Of a DNA stretch of 47,449 nt, positions 36,625 through 47,307 are shown in pieces. Source of the DNA: Mesotaenium endlicherianum. Its lineage: Eukaryota. Under the pieces are notes generated by a model. That model made no database searches. It was not told the origin of the DNA and saw nothing but the letters and a program-made list of their open reading frames with translations. The stretch is taken from positions 51,203-98,651 of the forward strand of contig WELA01002286.1 of assembly GCA_009602735.1 (NCBI GenBank). The letters are read 5' to 3'. The translations under genes were made by a program, and so were the position numbers. Each line of letters begins with the position of its first letter. Positions within the stretch are counted from its first letter, which is position 1.

Positions 36625-37339
36625 TGTAAGATCTTAGGTTTATAAAGTGCATTTTTGAGTTTTTGAAAATATTTCTAGATTGTTTAGTAGTGTAGAATGC
36701 ATTTTTGTGGTCATTTTGATAGAAAGTTCATCGAATTTGGTGAAGTATTGAGAGAGTTATGGATTTCCAAAGTTTAATTAGTTTTGAGGTGAGCTCGACC
36801 ATCGGATTGACCGACAGCGTCGAGCGATCTGGCCCGTTAAAGTGAACTCGAACCTTCACGTAAGTTTGGCTGACGTGGAGTGCCGACTAGGTTGATTTAC
36901 CTAGAAGTTTCGGCTTAGCCTAGCGCGCCTACGACATAATATTCCAATATAGTCGATGCATGTATGTGGACGTCAGTTCGACCCAACACGTCAGATGAGA
37001 CTGATCTGGTCTACTCACGAATATTCTAGAAGGGACGATTTGACAAACACTTAGAAAATTCCGTAGCTTTCTCCTAGAGTGGAGCACTTAGGCATAAAAC
37101 TATTAATAGGCATAACTTCTTCATTTCTTATCAATTTTGACTTCTGTAAATTTCCACGGGTTTGTAACGACGAGGTCTTTCATCCTATACCATTTGTGAG
37201 CAGTTTCTTGCTACTCAAAATGTTTAGTTATTTTCCTAAGCTTTCTTAGTGATATGGCGCTGCACTCATTAATATGATTGCAACTAGTTTCTTTCCTCGT
37301 GAGTTACTACGCTTCCACTAGGGCAATCTGCCCCTGTCA
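36625..37339 (+). repeat. C2 3' LTR
   Basis: Diverged direct repeat of 32412-33166, followed by the TSD. Confidence 0.88.
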
Positions 37340-37991
37340 CAAGCCAAGAGTTTATGCAACTTGACGGCATATTGAAAACAACGAATTCTTGAGATTTTTA
37401 TGTCTTGTGATTTAAATATCTTGTTGTCACGACTTGAAACAAGTTTCAAACTTTGGCCACTTAACGAGCTTCACGCAAATTTAATTTCTTGGAGTTGGTT
37501 CACGACAACTTTAGGATTGTCAAATAATCTCCGCGATGTACCTTATTTCCTTCCATTTTAAATTTTGTTGGTAATTATATTTTGACCGAGAAACACTTGA
37601 CTAACTTTGACAATTGTACATTCTGAATTGTGCACATGCAACCCTCTTACTTTTGAGCTAATGTATCGCTTTGGGCTTACCACAGATATAGCACATCGTG
37701 AACGACCACCAATAACATCTTCAAAAACTTATTTAGACTTCAATTCATACCTTCACGTTTTCAAATCAATAACTTCTTACAAGTTTGATCGTGTTGCAAG
37801 TTGGTGACTAACTTGGGTTGTGGAAGTTTGGTTGATAGTGGAAATTAGAGTTTAAGCGCTTTAAAAGGTACGCAAGAAAATTGCAATTCAAGTGGCCGAT
37901 CTCAAGCGCCTTGCCGCGCCTTAAGAGCCGGGAAAATAATAGATTGATACAAAAAGTTACACGTTAAACATCTGCCGTTTTGAACTGTGAC

Positions 37992-38518
37992 TGTGAAAGA
38001 GATTCACAAAGCTCTTTCTGGATACCTCAGCGACGGGCGTCCTACCCTTTCCAACTGCTTGTCATACCCGACTTCTCTGCCCCGCCAACCGAAGCTGGGT
38101 ACACGTACATTCGCGTCACTCGCTCGCGGCACTGCGCGACACAGTTTTATTCCATCTGCAGAATGCGCTCGATTAAGCTCGAATAGTATCATTCTTCGTG
38201 ATTGTTTGTGATACCTGTCGTGCCTAACAGTGTCGGTCCCTCGGCACGTGCGTAGCCTTCTAGCACGTGTGCCTTCGGCCTGGTTGATGTGTCGGTGGCC
38301 CTCCTCACGAGTGGCAGACATGGTTGATTGACCTTTGCACGTGTGTCGGTGACAAGCCTTACCAGGGTTAACCCATCCCTGGGTTCTTGAACTTGCACCA
38401 TGCAGCCTTGACCAACACTTTGGGTGACGTTCTCTGCCACCCGGCTCTCACCATCTGCTTATCCTAAGACTTTAGCAGAAAATTTAAAAATACTTGCCTT
38501 GCCTAAATTCCTCTTACA
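37992..38518 (-). repeat. Probable 3' LTR of element D
   Basis: Starts TGTAAGAG directly after a PPT, has AATAAA at 38146-38151 (-) and a candidate end CTCTTTCACA. No second copy is in the window, so the distal boundary is tentative. Confidence 0.55.
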
Positions 38519-38565
38519 CCCCTTCCTTTCAGCTGAGGCGTCCCTGCCTTTCCTGCTGAAAGCTA

Positions 38566-41460
38566 TTATTTTTCAACGCTGCGGCTAGGGGTTTTAGGAA
38601 GGCAATCAGGACATTCCCATCGTCCTGCCATAATTTCTTCCTCGCCAATGCAGAAAGTGTGCCAACGGGCACCACACTTATCGCAAATTACCATTGCTTC
38701 TTGATCGTCCAGCACTTTGCAGCTGGCACAAGGCGTGGCTGGCACCAATTCCTCGGGCACAACCCTAACTGTGAGATCAATATTCGGCAAATGGCATAGC
38801 GAGCAATTCTGCACGTGGTCTCTCAGGGTTTTACCATCAGAACCTTCCAGTTCTAACGCACCATTGTCAAACGCATGTTTCACGCGCAAGATCACTGCAC
38901 CTGAACTGGTGTCGATGGTGGTCTTGGTTTGGCGCTTACGGTAAACAAAATCTCCTTCTTGAATCCGCGTCATCTGCAGGCGGTAGCTCCCGTCTCGCGT
39001 CCTGGCGTAACGTTGCGTATCTCTTTTCTGTGCAATTTTCAGATTGTCTAGTGCAGCCGGTATCATGCGCTCAAATAACGCCTTACGGCGCACCATCACT
39101 TTTAACAGTTCATCAGGGCTGTCCAGGTCTTGCACCTGTTCAATCTCCTGCTTAATGCTGCTGGGCACTACTGGACTTCTGCCAAACAGTATCTGATATG
39201 GCGAGTAATTTGCCAAGGCAGCCTGCTTGCTAAATCTGTAACCCATAACCAGCCATGGCAGGGCTAGATCCCTGTCACGCTTGTCATGCTCAAGGCAAAA
39301 CTTGCGCAAAGCAGACTTAATGGTTTGCACCATCCTTTTTGCCAGACCAGCTGCTTGCGGATGATCTCTAGACGTAGTGCGATGATCGATGAAGCATCTG
39401 TCCAAGAGTTTCTGAAAAGACCCTTGGAACTCAGACCCTTGGTCTGTCAGCATTTCTGCTGGAGCTCCATGACGCACAATCACACCATTGAGGAACGCTT
39501 TCGCGGTCCCTAGACTCTCCTTAGCAGTCAGAGGGACAACCTCTATCCACTTAGAGAAATGCTCAATCATGACCATGATATACTTGTTACCTCGCTTAGA
39601 CAGCGGTAGATCACCAGCGAGATCGCAGCTCCAACAGTAGCCTAGGCCCATGATTGGCAAAGGTTGCAAGTGTGGATGTTGCTGTGTAAATCCAGCCTTG
39701 ACGCGATCACAGCTTTGGCAGGCCTTGATCACATCTCCACACTGCTCCTTCATGCCCCTCCACCAGTAAGACAGCTCCAAAAGACTATATGTCTTCTTGA
39801 CACCATAGTGTCCAGTGTTCTCGTGCATTTCCAGCACAAGGGCTCGTCTCCTGATGGGTTCTGGCACTAACTCCTCCTGACCAGTCTCTTCAATTTTGAA
39901 GAGGTTGTTACGTTTCCAGCAAAACCTTTTAGCTCGATGGTTTACCTGGTCCTTCTCCTTCACTAATAGTCCTTCCAAGTGAGTTCCCGTCTTCAGCCAG
40001 TGCATAGTAGCTTGATCTTTCCAGATCTCTGGACTGAACAGGGGTAGAGGCTCAGCTTCACCTGATGCTACTATTCCAGCCATTTCGGCTAGGCAAGCCA
40101 CCAACTCTGCTGGGCTGCTCGGGTCGTCGTCCTCTCGAGCTCCTGTTCTGTCGTCTGAAGATGGGTCTGGGTTCCTGCTGAGTCCATCGGCGTCGTTGTT
40201 GAGCACTCCTGCTCTGTGCACCACCGTCATTTGGTACTCTTGCAGCTTAAGAGCCCAGCGAGCCAACTTACCAGTGAGGTCTCCATTCTTCATCAGCCAT
40301 AGTAATGGTGAGTGATCCGTGATCAGTGTGAAGGGTCTACCCCACAGATACTCTTTGAAGTGTGTGATCGCCCAAACCACTGCCAGCAGCTCTCCTTCAT
40401 AGGATGAGTAGTTGCTCTCCGCTCGATTGTTAGAGCGTGAGGCAAAGGCAATGACATACTCCTCTCTAGGGCTTGTGGCCTGAATGAGTACTGCGCCAAT
40501 TCCCAGACGACTCCAGTCAGTGTGCAGATTGAACGGCTTGGAGTAGTCAAGCGTTCGCAAGACTGGGGCTGTTACCAGCCGCTCCTTAAGCTCGTTCATG
40601 GCTTTCTCCTGAGCTTCTGTCCACACAAAAGGTACATCCTTTTTCAGGATTTCCGTCAAGGGTTTAGCAATTCTGCTATAATCCTTCACAAACTTACGAT
40701 AGTATCCGCTTAGCCCTAACAGAGCTTTCAGCTTAGACACATTTGCAAGTGCAGGTATCTTGTAAATAGCCTCGGTCTTCACAACCTGAGGGGACATAGC
40801 ATTGTTCCCAATCTCATGTCCTAGGTAAGGCACGTGTGCCTCAAAGAATCTGCACTTCCCAAGATGCAGCTTCATCTGGAATTTCTCCAGGCGCTGGAAC
40901 ACTTGTTCCAAGTGCTCGAGGTGCTCCTCTATGGACTTGCTGAATACTACCACATCGTCAATGTATGGCTTAGCAAAATCCAGCCCCTCCAGCACTTTAT
41001 TTTTAGTCCTCTGAAATATGGCTGGGGAATTTTTCAGCCTAAATGGCATTACTGTCCATTGCCAAAGTTCCCTTTGAGCCCAGAAAGCAGTCTTACCTCG
41101 ATCTTCTGTTTTCACAGGGATTTGGTTGAAGCCTTGGCGCAGATCGATAATGCTGAACACCTTTCCGGTGGTGGCAATTGCAAAGATCCTTTCCGGTGTA
41201 GGCATCACATAGCTATCTGGCTCCGTGTAGAGATTCAGTCGCCTGTAATCTCCACACATACGAGTGGCAGTGTAATTGCCGGCCTCGTCCTTTTTAGCGA
41301 CTACTACTGTAGGAGCCCCATGTACTGAGGTAGATTTTTCAATCATGCGGAGCTTATGCAGCTCTTCACAAGTTTTCTCCACACAGTCCCATTCTGTCTG
41401 ACTGAGCTTATGCGGCCCTAGTTTGACTGGGTTATCAGTAGTTAGTGTGATCTCACACAC
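38566..41460 (-). CDS. pol: RT, RNase H, integrase and PHD part of the D polyprotein (open, probably inactive)
   Basis: RMCGDYRRLN, YIDD, HTDWS, HENTGH...CQSC, WSCDL and LTDQG. The integrase catalytic Glu position reads K (GLAKRMVQ). Confidence 0.93.
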   Translation of the reverse strand: MCEITLTTDNPVKLGPHKLSQTEWDCVEKTCEELHKLRMIEKSTSVHGAPTVVVAKKDEAGNYTATRMCGDYRRLNLYTEPDSYVMPTPERIFAIATTGKVFSIIDLRQGFNQIPVKTEDRGKTAFWAQRELWQWTVMPFRLKNSPAIFQRTKNKVLEGLDFAKPYIDDVVVFSKSIEEHLEHLEQVFQRLEKFQMKLHLGKCRFFEAHVPYLGHEIGNNAMSPQVVKTEAIYKIPALANVSKLKALLGLSGYYRKFVKDYSRIAKPLTEILKKDVPFVWTEAQEKAMNELKERLVTAPVLRTLDYSKPFNLHTDWSRLGIGAVLIQATSPREEYVIAFASRSNNRAESNYSSYEGELLAVVWAITHFKEYLWGRPFTLITDHSPLLWLMKNGDLTGKLARWALKLQEYQMTVVHRAGVLNNDADGLSRNPDPSSDDRTGAREDDDPSSPAELVACLAEMAGIVASGEAEPLPLFSPEIWKDQATMHWLKTGTHLEGLLVKEKDQVNHRAKRFCWKRNNLFKIEETGQEELVPEPIRRRALVLEMHENTGHYGVKKTYSLLELSYWWRGMKEQCGDVIKACQSCDRVKAGFTQQHPHLQPLPIMGLGYCWSCDLAGDLPLSKRGNKYIMVMIEHFSKWIEVVPLTAKESLGTAKAFLNGVIVRHGAPAEMLTDQGSEFQGSFQKLLDRCFIDHRTTSRDHPQAAGLAKRMVQTIKSALRKFCLEHDKRDRDLALPWLVMGYRFSKQAALANYSPYQILFGRSPVVPSSIKQEIEQVQDLDSPDELLKVMVRRKALFERMIPAALDNLKIAQKRDTQRYARTRDGSYRLQMTRIQEGDFVYRKRQTKTTIDTSSGAVILRVKHAFDNGALELEGSDGKTLRDHVQNCSLCHLPNIDLTVRVVPEELVPATPCASCKVLDDQEAMVICDKCGARWHTFCIGEEEIMAGRWECPDCLPKTPSRSVEK
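38602..38730 (-). other. PHD finger at the integrase C-terminus
   Basis: C4HC3 spacing with W two residues before the last Cys pair: CASC...MVICDKCGARWHTFC...GRWECPDC. Confidence 0.92.
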
Positions 41461-43700
41461 ACTGGCAGTGGTTCTACCAATCTCCTCCTTAGTGAAAGCA
41501 AATACCTTGCGNCACCTCGCGGTGTTTCTTCAGCAACCTTTCTACTCGTGCTCTCTGCTGGGCTGAGACCATTTTCCCAATGGCAAAAGTCTCAGTTTCA
41601 GGTTGCTTCTCCCCAACAAAGGCATCCAGTAGTTGCTACTCCTTAGGTGCAGGTGGGGGCTTCCCGCCCTCATCGTGGCCCTCAGGCTTTTCTGCCCGAT
41701 TCTGGCTCTCAGGCTTTTCTGCCTGATTCTTAGGAGGTGGGGTAGCATGCTTTGCAGCTTGCTCCTCCGTTGCCATAAGTTCGGCAGCCTGTTTCTTAGG
41801 CTTTTTACCTTTCCCAATGACGCGTCGCCTCTCCTGCGGTGAGGGGTATGTGAGGCGCCTCCGGATGGGCTGCCTCAGGAACATTTCCTCGTCGACTCCA
41901 GTCCAACTGGTCCCGGTTCCTCCTTCTTCACGTGGCCAAGGTTGGTTTGCCATTGGAAAACCTGCGGGATCTACCCTAGGGCTGATCGCCCAGCCCCATT
42001 CTCGCTCAATAATAGCCATGCGGGCAACAGTCGTGCCATACTCCTCCCTTGCGGGTGGTGTGACCATCCATGCCTGCGCCAATGTTTGCGGCCTTTGAGG
42101 TGCTGCTAGTTGTGCGAGAAAGGCATCATCTGCTGCGGTCAAGCGACTGATGGTGTTTCTGAGATCCATCAGTTCCCATCCTGGGATTGCAGGTATCATG
42201 GGAGCAGGTTCTTCCGACCTCTGTATCCTAAGATCTGATAGTTGCAACAAAGGCGTGTTCATGCCTGGCGGAACACTAATACCCAATGCCATTGCCCTGC
42301 AAACCAAACCGTCCTCTCCCTCTCTCTGCAGAATATCCCGCAGAGGCGGAGGAGGTGGGGCTGTGGTTCCTCGCGGAACGCCCTCTCTCTGAGCGTTCCC
42401 CTTATGCTTCAAATATCGCTTTAGTATCCTCCTAAAAGATGCCTTACCCTCACGGGCCACCTTCCTTGGTCTGCTTGCGCGACTTTCGGGCTTTCCTTGT
42501 GCTGTCTTTACTTTAGCAGTGCAGGCAGTCACCTCCTGCCGTTGCGGCAGTTTTGCGGTTGACTTGGGTTCCGCCACTAGAAGACTGGCAGAAGGAGAAT
42601 TGGATGTTGGCGACCTTAATTCTTCATAAAGGTCTGCCGGGCTTGGCCCCATCAGGTGGTCAACCACCTAGTCGTCTGTCCTGAGCTCCTGTAAGTCCAG
42701 CAGATCCAACTATGGCGTGGGAAAACGTGGAACTTTTTCCCTAATGTCTCCTTTGTTGTTGAGTGATGGCGACTCCAACTCCGAGAGGCCTTGCATCTCT
42801 GCATCCTCTTCCTCCTCCGGCTTCTCTATTCCAGGAGGAGGCAATTCTTCATCCCCTCCTGTGTTGAGCCTCGCCATGTTGATGATGGCTGACTGTAGAG
42901 CGAGAGCTGCTTTCGCCACTTTCTCTTCCTTGAGTCGAGGGGCGTCTGCTTCCAGCAACTGCGCCATGATTTGCCTGGTGATTGACTCAGCTGTGCTGCC
43001 AACTGCGTCTTGTGGTTGCCCTTTGGCCTCTGGCCCTGGGCTCATCAGAGCAAGTGTGGCGGGCAATCTCTTGGCCGTCTCCTTCTTGTGTTCTTCAAAA
43101 ATCACCTCCAGGCAAATGGTCTTTCCAGACCCTCCATAATTTCCTGAATTTTGACTGCATTCTTCGGCCCATTCGTCAATATTGCACTGGCGTTCTTCAT
43201 ATCTTGATGTTACCGCGTCTGGGGATGGGCTCCCAAAGACCTGGTCTGGGGCCATTTTTCGTAACTCAAAACTGGTATCTTCCTCCCATTCCGGCATCCT
43301 CCCAAATATTTATTTGGCGGGAGCGTTCTGCAAATGCTGGGACCTCCTGTGATTTGCTTACTACAGCGCTCACCGAAGGGTTTGCTGCACCAGTTGCCTG
43401 GTTGTCCATGGTTACGTCTTCTCGCAGCCTCCGCAACTCTCTTTCCAGAGGGTAGTGTAGAGTCGCCATCCGATTGTCAATTTGCGTCAATAAGTCTTGA
43501 CACCTGGTCAGCTCCACCACTCTGGTTTCTCCGAGTGTTTCATCTTGGTCAGCCTCAGCTGCGTCTCTTTCACCACCATATTCTTTTTGTCGCTGATACG
43601 CTTCCCTGATAGCTCTCTGATCAGAGGTTGGCACCACATGGACTCCAATCGTTACCGGCCTCGGCCTGGGCATAGGCTTGTCAGAGAACGTCACCTGTTG
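41461..43700 (-). pseudogene. About 740-codon linker of unknown function between DNMT and RT
   Basis: ORFs 42710-43297 and 41636-42667 share a frame, separated by TAG stops. The frame continues into typical pre-RT text (RVERLLKKHREV/FAFTKEEIG). Confidence 0.7.
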
Positions 43701-45180
43701 CCAAGTCATAATCGTCTCTACCAACCATGTCATGGAGTGATGCCCACTCATGTTGCCGAATATCTTCCCAGCGTTGTCCTGTCCCACCATTGCAACAATT
43801 TCTTGTGCAATGGAGTTGGATACCCCCAGGCACCTTCCCTTCTCTTCAGTTGTCGGCTCTCTCCACTGAGCTTCTCTGTCGTGCACATCTTTGACCATTC
43901 CTGGTCCTCCATTCACGAAAGCGCGTGATCCTGGGTATGCTGTGAAGGTGGGCAGCACCACCCTGGGCCGGCCTGGCTCGTTGACGACGTACTGTGGGTA
44001 GGAATCCCTCCTGATCACTGGCTTGGTTTCCACCATCAGTGCTTCTCCCACAGATACTGCCGTTGGCGTGCGCCGCGTAATCTCCTCCATCTCCGTCAGG
44101 ATTTCAATGGACATGCCGTTGGTCCAGAATAGTCTGGCCCGGTGTGAGAGTCCTCCGTGCCTGGCGTTGTTGGCCAATACATGATGACCCAGGGTAGAGT
44201 CGAAGACCAGCCATGGATCTCCTGGCTTCATCTGGTTGTAATCCATCCCTGGATGTACATTCTCAATCACAAATACTGGTGGGTAGAGATGCTGGCGTTC
44301 CCGCAGCATACTGATGATCTTCACCATCCTTCCCCAGTGTTGTGCTCGCGGGTCATTGAATCTCCTCCTGTTCCCAGCTTGCGAGAAAGGTTAACAAGGG
44401 AATCCCGCAAAAATCCAGTCAATCGTGTAACCATACAGGTCCTCAGACTTCACATCGAGAATGTTTTCTCCAGCAAGACGCACCACACTAGTGGGCACCA
44501 ACGCCTTAAAATGGTACATTTGCCGCATCTGACTCATGATGTAGTGATTTGAGTTATTATATATTAGTATGCATATATTTTAATGTTTTCAAATATATTT
44601 GGAGTAGTATTGTGTGGATTCAAGTGTGAATAGGTACTCTAGTAACTTGGTTCATGTCCTTTGAACCTTCCAAGGCATTTTCGAAGTTAGAGGAAAGACC
44701 TAGAAGAACTCCATGTGGCAAAAGTCAGATGTGCCATTTTTAGGTCAAAAGAACATGTGTACATTATTCTAGAAAGAGGTGGCAAGTTTTGGGATGTGTT
44801 GGGTGCCAACACATCAACATACACCTTCCTAGAAATTACTTATGTAGCAAGTATATAAACAAGAGCTAGAACATAGAAAGACATTGGAGAATCACTCTTG
44901 TACTTGCCAAAATCCAGAAATATATTAGCTTTCAAGAAGCCATCTCTCTTTCAAGAAGCTACCACTTGTGTTCAAAGATCCTTGTCTTGAATAGATAAAC
45001 TATTCTGTTTTACTAAGTACTTTATCTATCTGTTTCACTACACATGACCTCCTCAAATGCTGTAAAAACATTCTCATCATTGTCCACATACAGCACTTTG
45101 GATACCTGGATACCTCGTTGAATCAGTGCAATGGTTCCAATACCAAGTCCGGCGAAGAATTCCAGCACTACTACTCCTCT
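43700..45180 (-). pseudogene. C5 cytosine DNA methyltransferase domain within the D polyprotein, split by a solo LTR
   Basis: Motif I VLEFFAGLG (45142-45168), motif IV IDWIFAGFPC*PFSQAG (PC at 44394-44399), VI IENV (44256-44264), VIII HRARLFWTN (44118-44144), IX-like REPTTEEKGRCLG and X-like GKIFGN (43752-43769). Confidence 0.92.
44540..45042 (+). mobile_element. Solo LTR of family A
   Basis: 503 bp, TGTAGTGA...TCACTACA, TSD CATGA (44535-44539, 45043-45047). Confidence 0.97.
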
Positions 45181-45888
45181 CCTGCGAAAAGGATCTTCCG
45201 TCCTCACAATGCCTTGCGGCAATGGGTCTACTCCAGGCATCAAATTGGCAGCAGTCTTAACTGGATAAGGAATTGGCAGCAGCTCTTGCGGGCCACGATC
45301 CCTGTTACTCACAGCTTCTAGTTGCTCCATAATCCAAGGTTGCCAAACCAAGGGAGTCGGCATGTTGACGCTGGTGTAAATCTTCTCTTTGCGTTGCATG
45401 ATGAGGTCATAATGGTCTGGATACTGGTTATTCACATAGCAGTCTAGCAGTCCGTAGTTTGCCTCTCCCGAGCAAACCATTTTTATAGGAATTTCTCCTG
45501 TCGGCTGCCGATCTGTCGACTGGTAAGTCACCCTCTGCTTCTGCAGGTCGATGACCATACCCCGGGGAGTCAGAGCGTCTGTCCCCAATAGAACATCATA
45601 GTTTTCTGCCTCTGTCACCGTACACTCTATGAACAGTGACGCTCCCTCAGGTTTTCCCAAGTTTACTGTGATTTCCACAGGCTTGCGGGTGATTCCACAA
45701 GACTTTGAAATCTGCCCAGATGCAGTCCTCAACTGGAAAGGACTTTCTTTCAGGTCCCTTGCCGTCAATCCCAGAGCTTTCACAGCTCGCTTTCCTAAAA
45801 TTACTGGCGATGCGCCAGTGTCCAATAGGATATAGGGAGCGGCCCAGTTGTTAAACGTCAAAACTCCATCCTTGTTCTGCACTCTCAC
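45181..45888 (-). pseudogene. Aspartic protease of element D, directly fused to the DNMT
   Basis: ILLDTGAS...YDVLLGTD lies in the same ORF as DNMT motif I. Confidence 0.9.
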
Positions 45889-47307
45889 AGTGCTGAAATT
45901 AGTAGGCAGCGAAGCGCTGTTCGCGCCTTCCTCAGCTAGGTCTAGCTGCTGTCCGGCTTCCTCAATCGTGAAAGGATATGTAAGACGCAGATCAGCGAGT
46001 GAAAGACAAGGAATGTGCTAAATCCGGTGTTCCACCAGAGCCTTCTGCTTTTCCAGCGAAAAACTAAATGTCTTGCGTGGCCCAGGCTTGGCTTGTCGTA
46101 GCTGCGCAATCTCGTTCTCATCGAGAGTGATCCAAAAGGTCTGAGGAAGCTTCCCAACATTCCTTGGAACCAGACGGTCATGATCTGCGCGCCTCGCAGC
46201 CGTTGCAGCCACGGCCTTCTCAGGCGTCAGCTTCTCGCCTTTGCAAACGGTCTTTTTGGCCACATCTGCATCATAATAGACATTAGGCACATTTAGTCTT
46301 GCAAATTGAGCTTTCAACTCTGCAATCTCTGCACTCATAGCATCATACTTCTGATTACCCTTCCGGTTACTAGAGTTATCTCTCTCCCGTTTCTTACCCT
46401 TATCCGCCTCTTTCGTGGCAGCATTAGCCCATGGTGGTTTCAGATTTGGGTTCTTGGACCAACACTCATCTTCTGAGTGTCCCTTTTTGCTGCAATGTGC
46501 GCATACCTGCGCCGTGCTAGCAGACAATTGCTTAGCATCCGGGTGCGGACAATATCTCTTCTGATGTCCTGATTTTCTGCAGTTCCAATAGCCCTTTGCT
46601 GTCTCAACAGTGTTGGTGTGCTTAGCAAACCTATTGAAAGACCCGTTCTTTTTCTTAAACTAAAAATTAGAGCTATTGGCCTTGGGCTGAAAGGATTCCT
46701 CCCTTCTCTCAGGAGCCATAAGCGTCCTGGAAGCCTCCTTGTACCAGACTTTACCTTCCTCGACATTGCGTGCTATTTCAGCAGCCTCGTCGATGTTCCA
46801 GTCGATTCCGCGTTTCACAAATAGGTGCGGCCTGACCTCCCGATCTGTGTCTTTACCCAAACACAATAAGAATTTGTCAGCCACAATCCTAGGCTCATAG
46901 ATTCCTGCCTTCTTGGCAGGGTCTACCAATCTGGATTTGACCTCCATCACTGTCTCGTTCTTCTGACAAACAAAATGCACATAGCGATGCACTTTAAGAC
47001 TGCGATCCTTTGGGAATGTTGCTTCAAGCAACTTAAAGAAACGGCGCAGACAGTGCTCAGAGTCTAACTGGTCATCCCCAGCCTCCATATCCCTACGGCA
47101 ACTAGCCAACGCTTGCGCATGGCTTGCTTCCGTGGTGACACTATCACCATGCTGCCCTGTAAAAGGTGCAGCTCTGCGTGTTACTTGTTCCTGAGCATTA
47201 GCAATCTTTTCAGACAATTTTGCACATACTTTACGCAATTCTGCGACAGATCCAGCATCATCATCTCGAGTAGCCGCTCGCTGCTGACCCTCGGTGAGTT
47301 GCTTCAT
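45889..47307 (-). pseudogene. gag: Gag of element D with two zinc knuckles, in frame with the protease
   Basis: One frame with TAG stops at 46660 and 46018. Knuckles are (Y)WNCRKSGHQKRYC and CAHCSKKGHSEDEC. Confidence 0.8.

Larger units (their letters stand above)
32412..37339 (+). mobile_element. Family C element C2 (old, internally deleted)
   Basis: TSD CAAGC (32407-32411, 37340-37344), diverged LTRs and PBS TGGTATCAGTGC at 33169-33180. Confidence 0.9.
37992..47307 (-). mobile_element. Family D Ty3/gypsy element encoding a C5 DNA methyltransferase and a PHD finger (decayed; 5' part beyond the insertion at 47308)
   Basis: Collinear gag, PR, DNMT, linker, RT, RH, INT and PHD on the - strand, then PPT GAAAGGAAGGGG and TGTAAGAG. 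Confidence 0.88.

Noticed and set aside
37345..37991. AT-rich segment with ORF 37607-37807
   Set aside because: Short, with no domain signature or element ends recognised.
43266..45888. DNMT as a host gene or bacterial contaminant
   Set aside because: It is intronless, in frame with a retroviral-type protease and gag, and interrupted by a resident family A LTR with a TSD.
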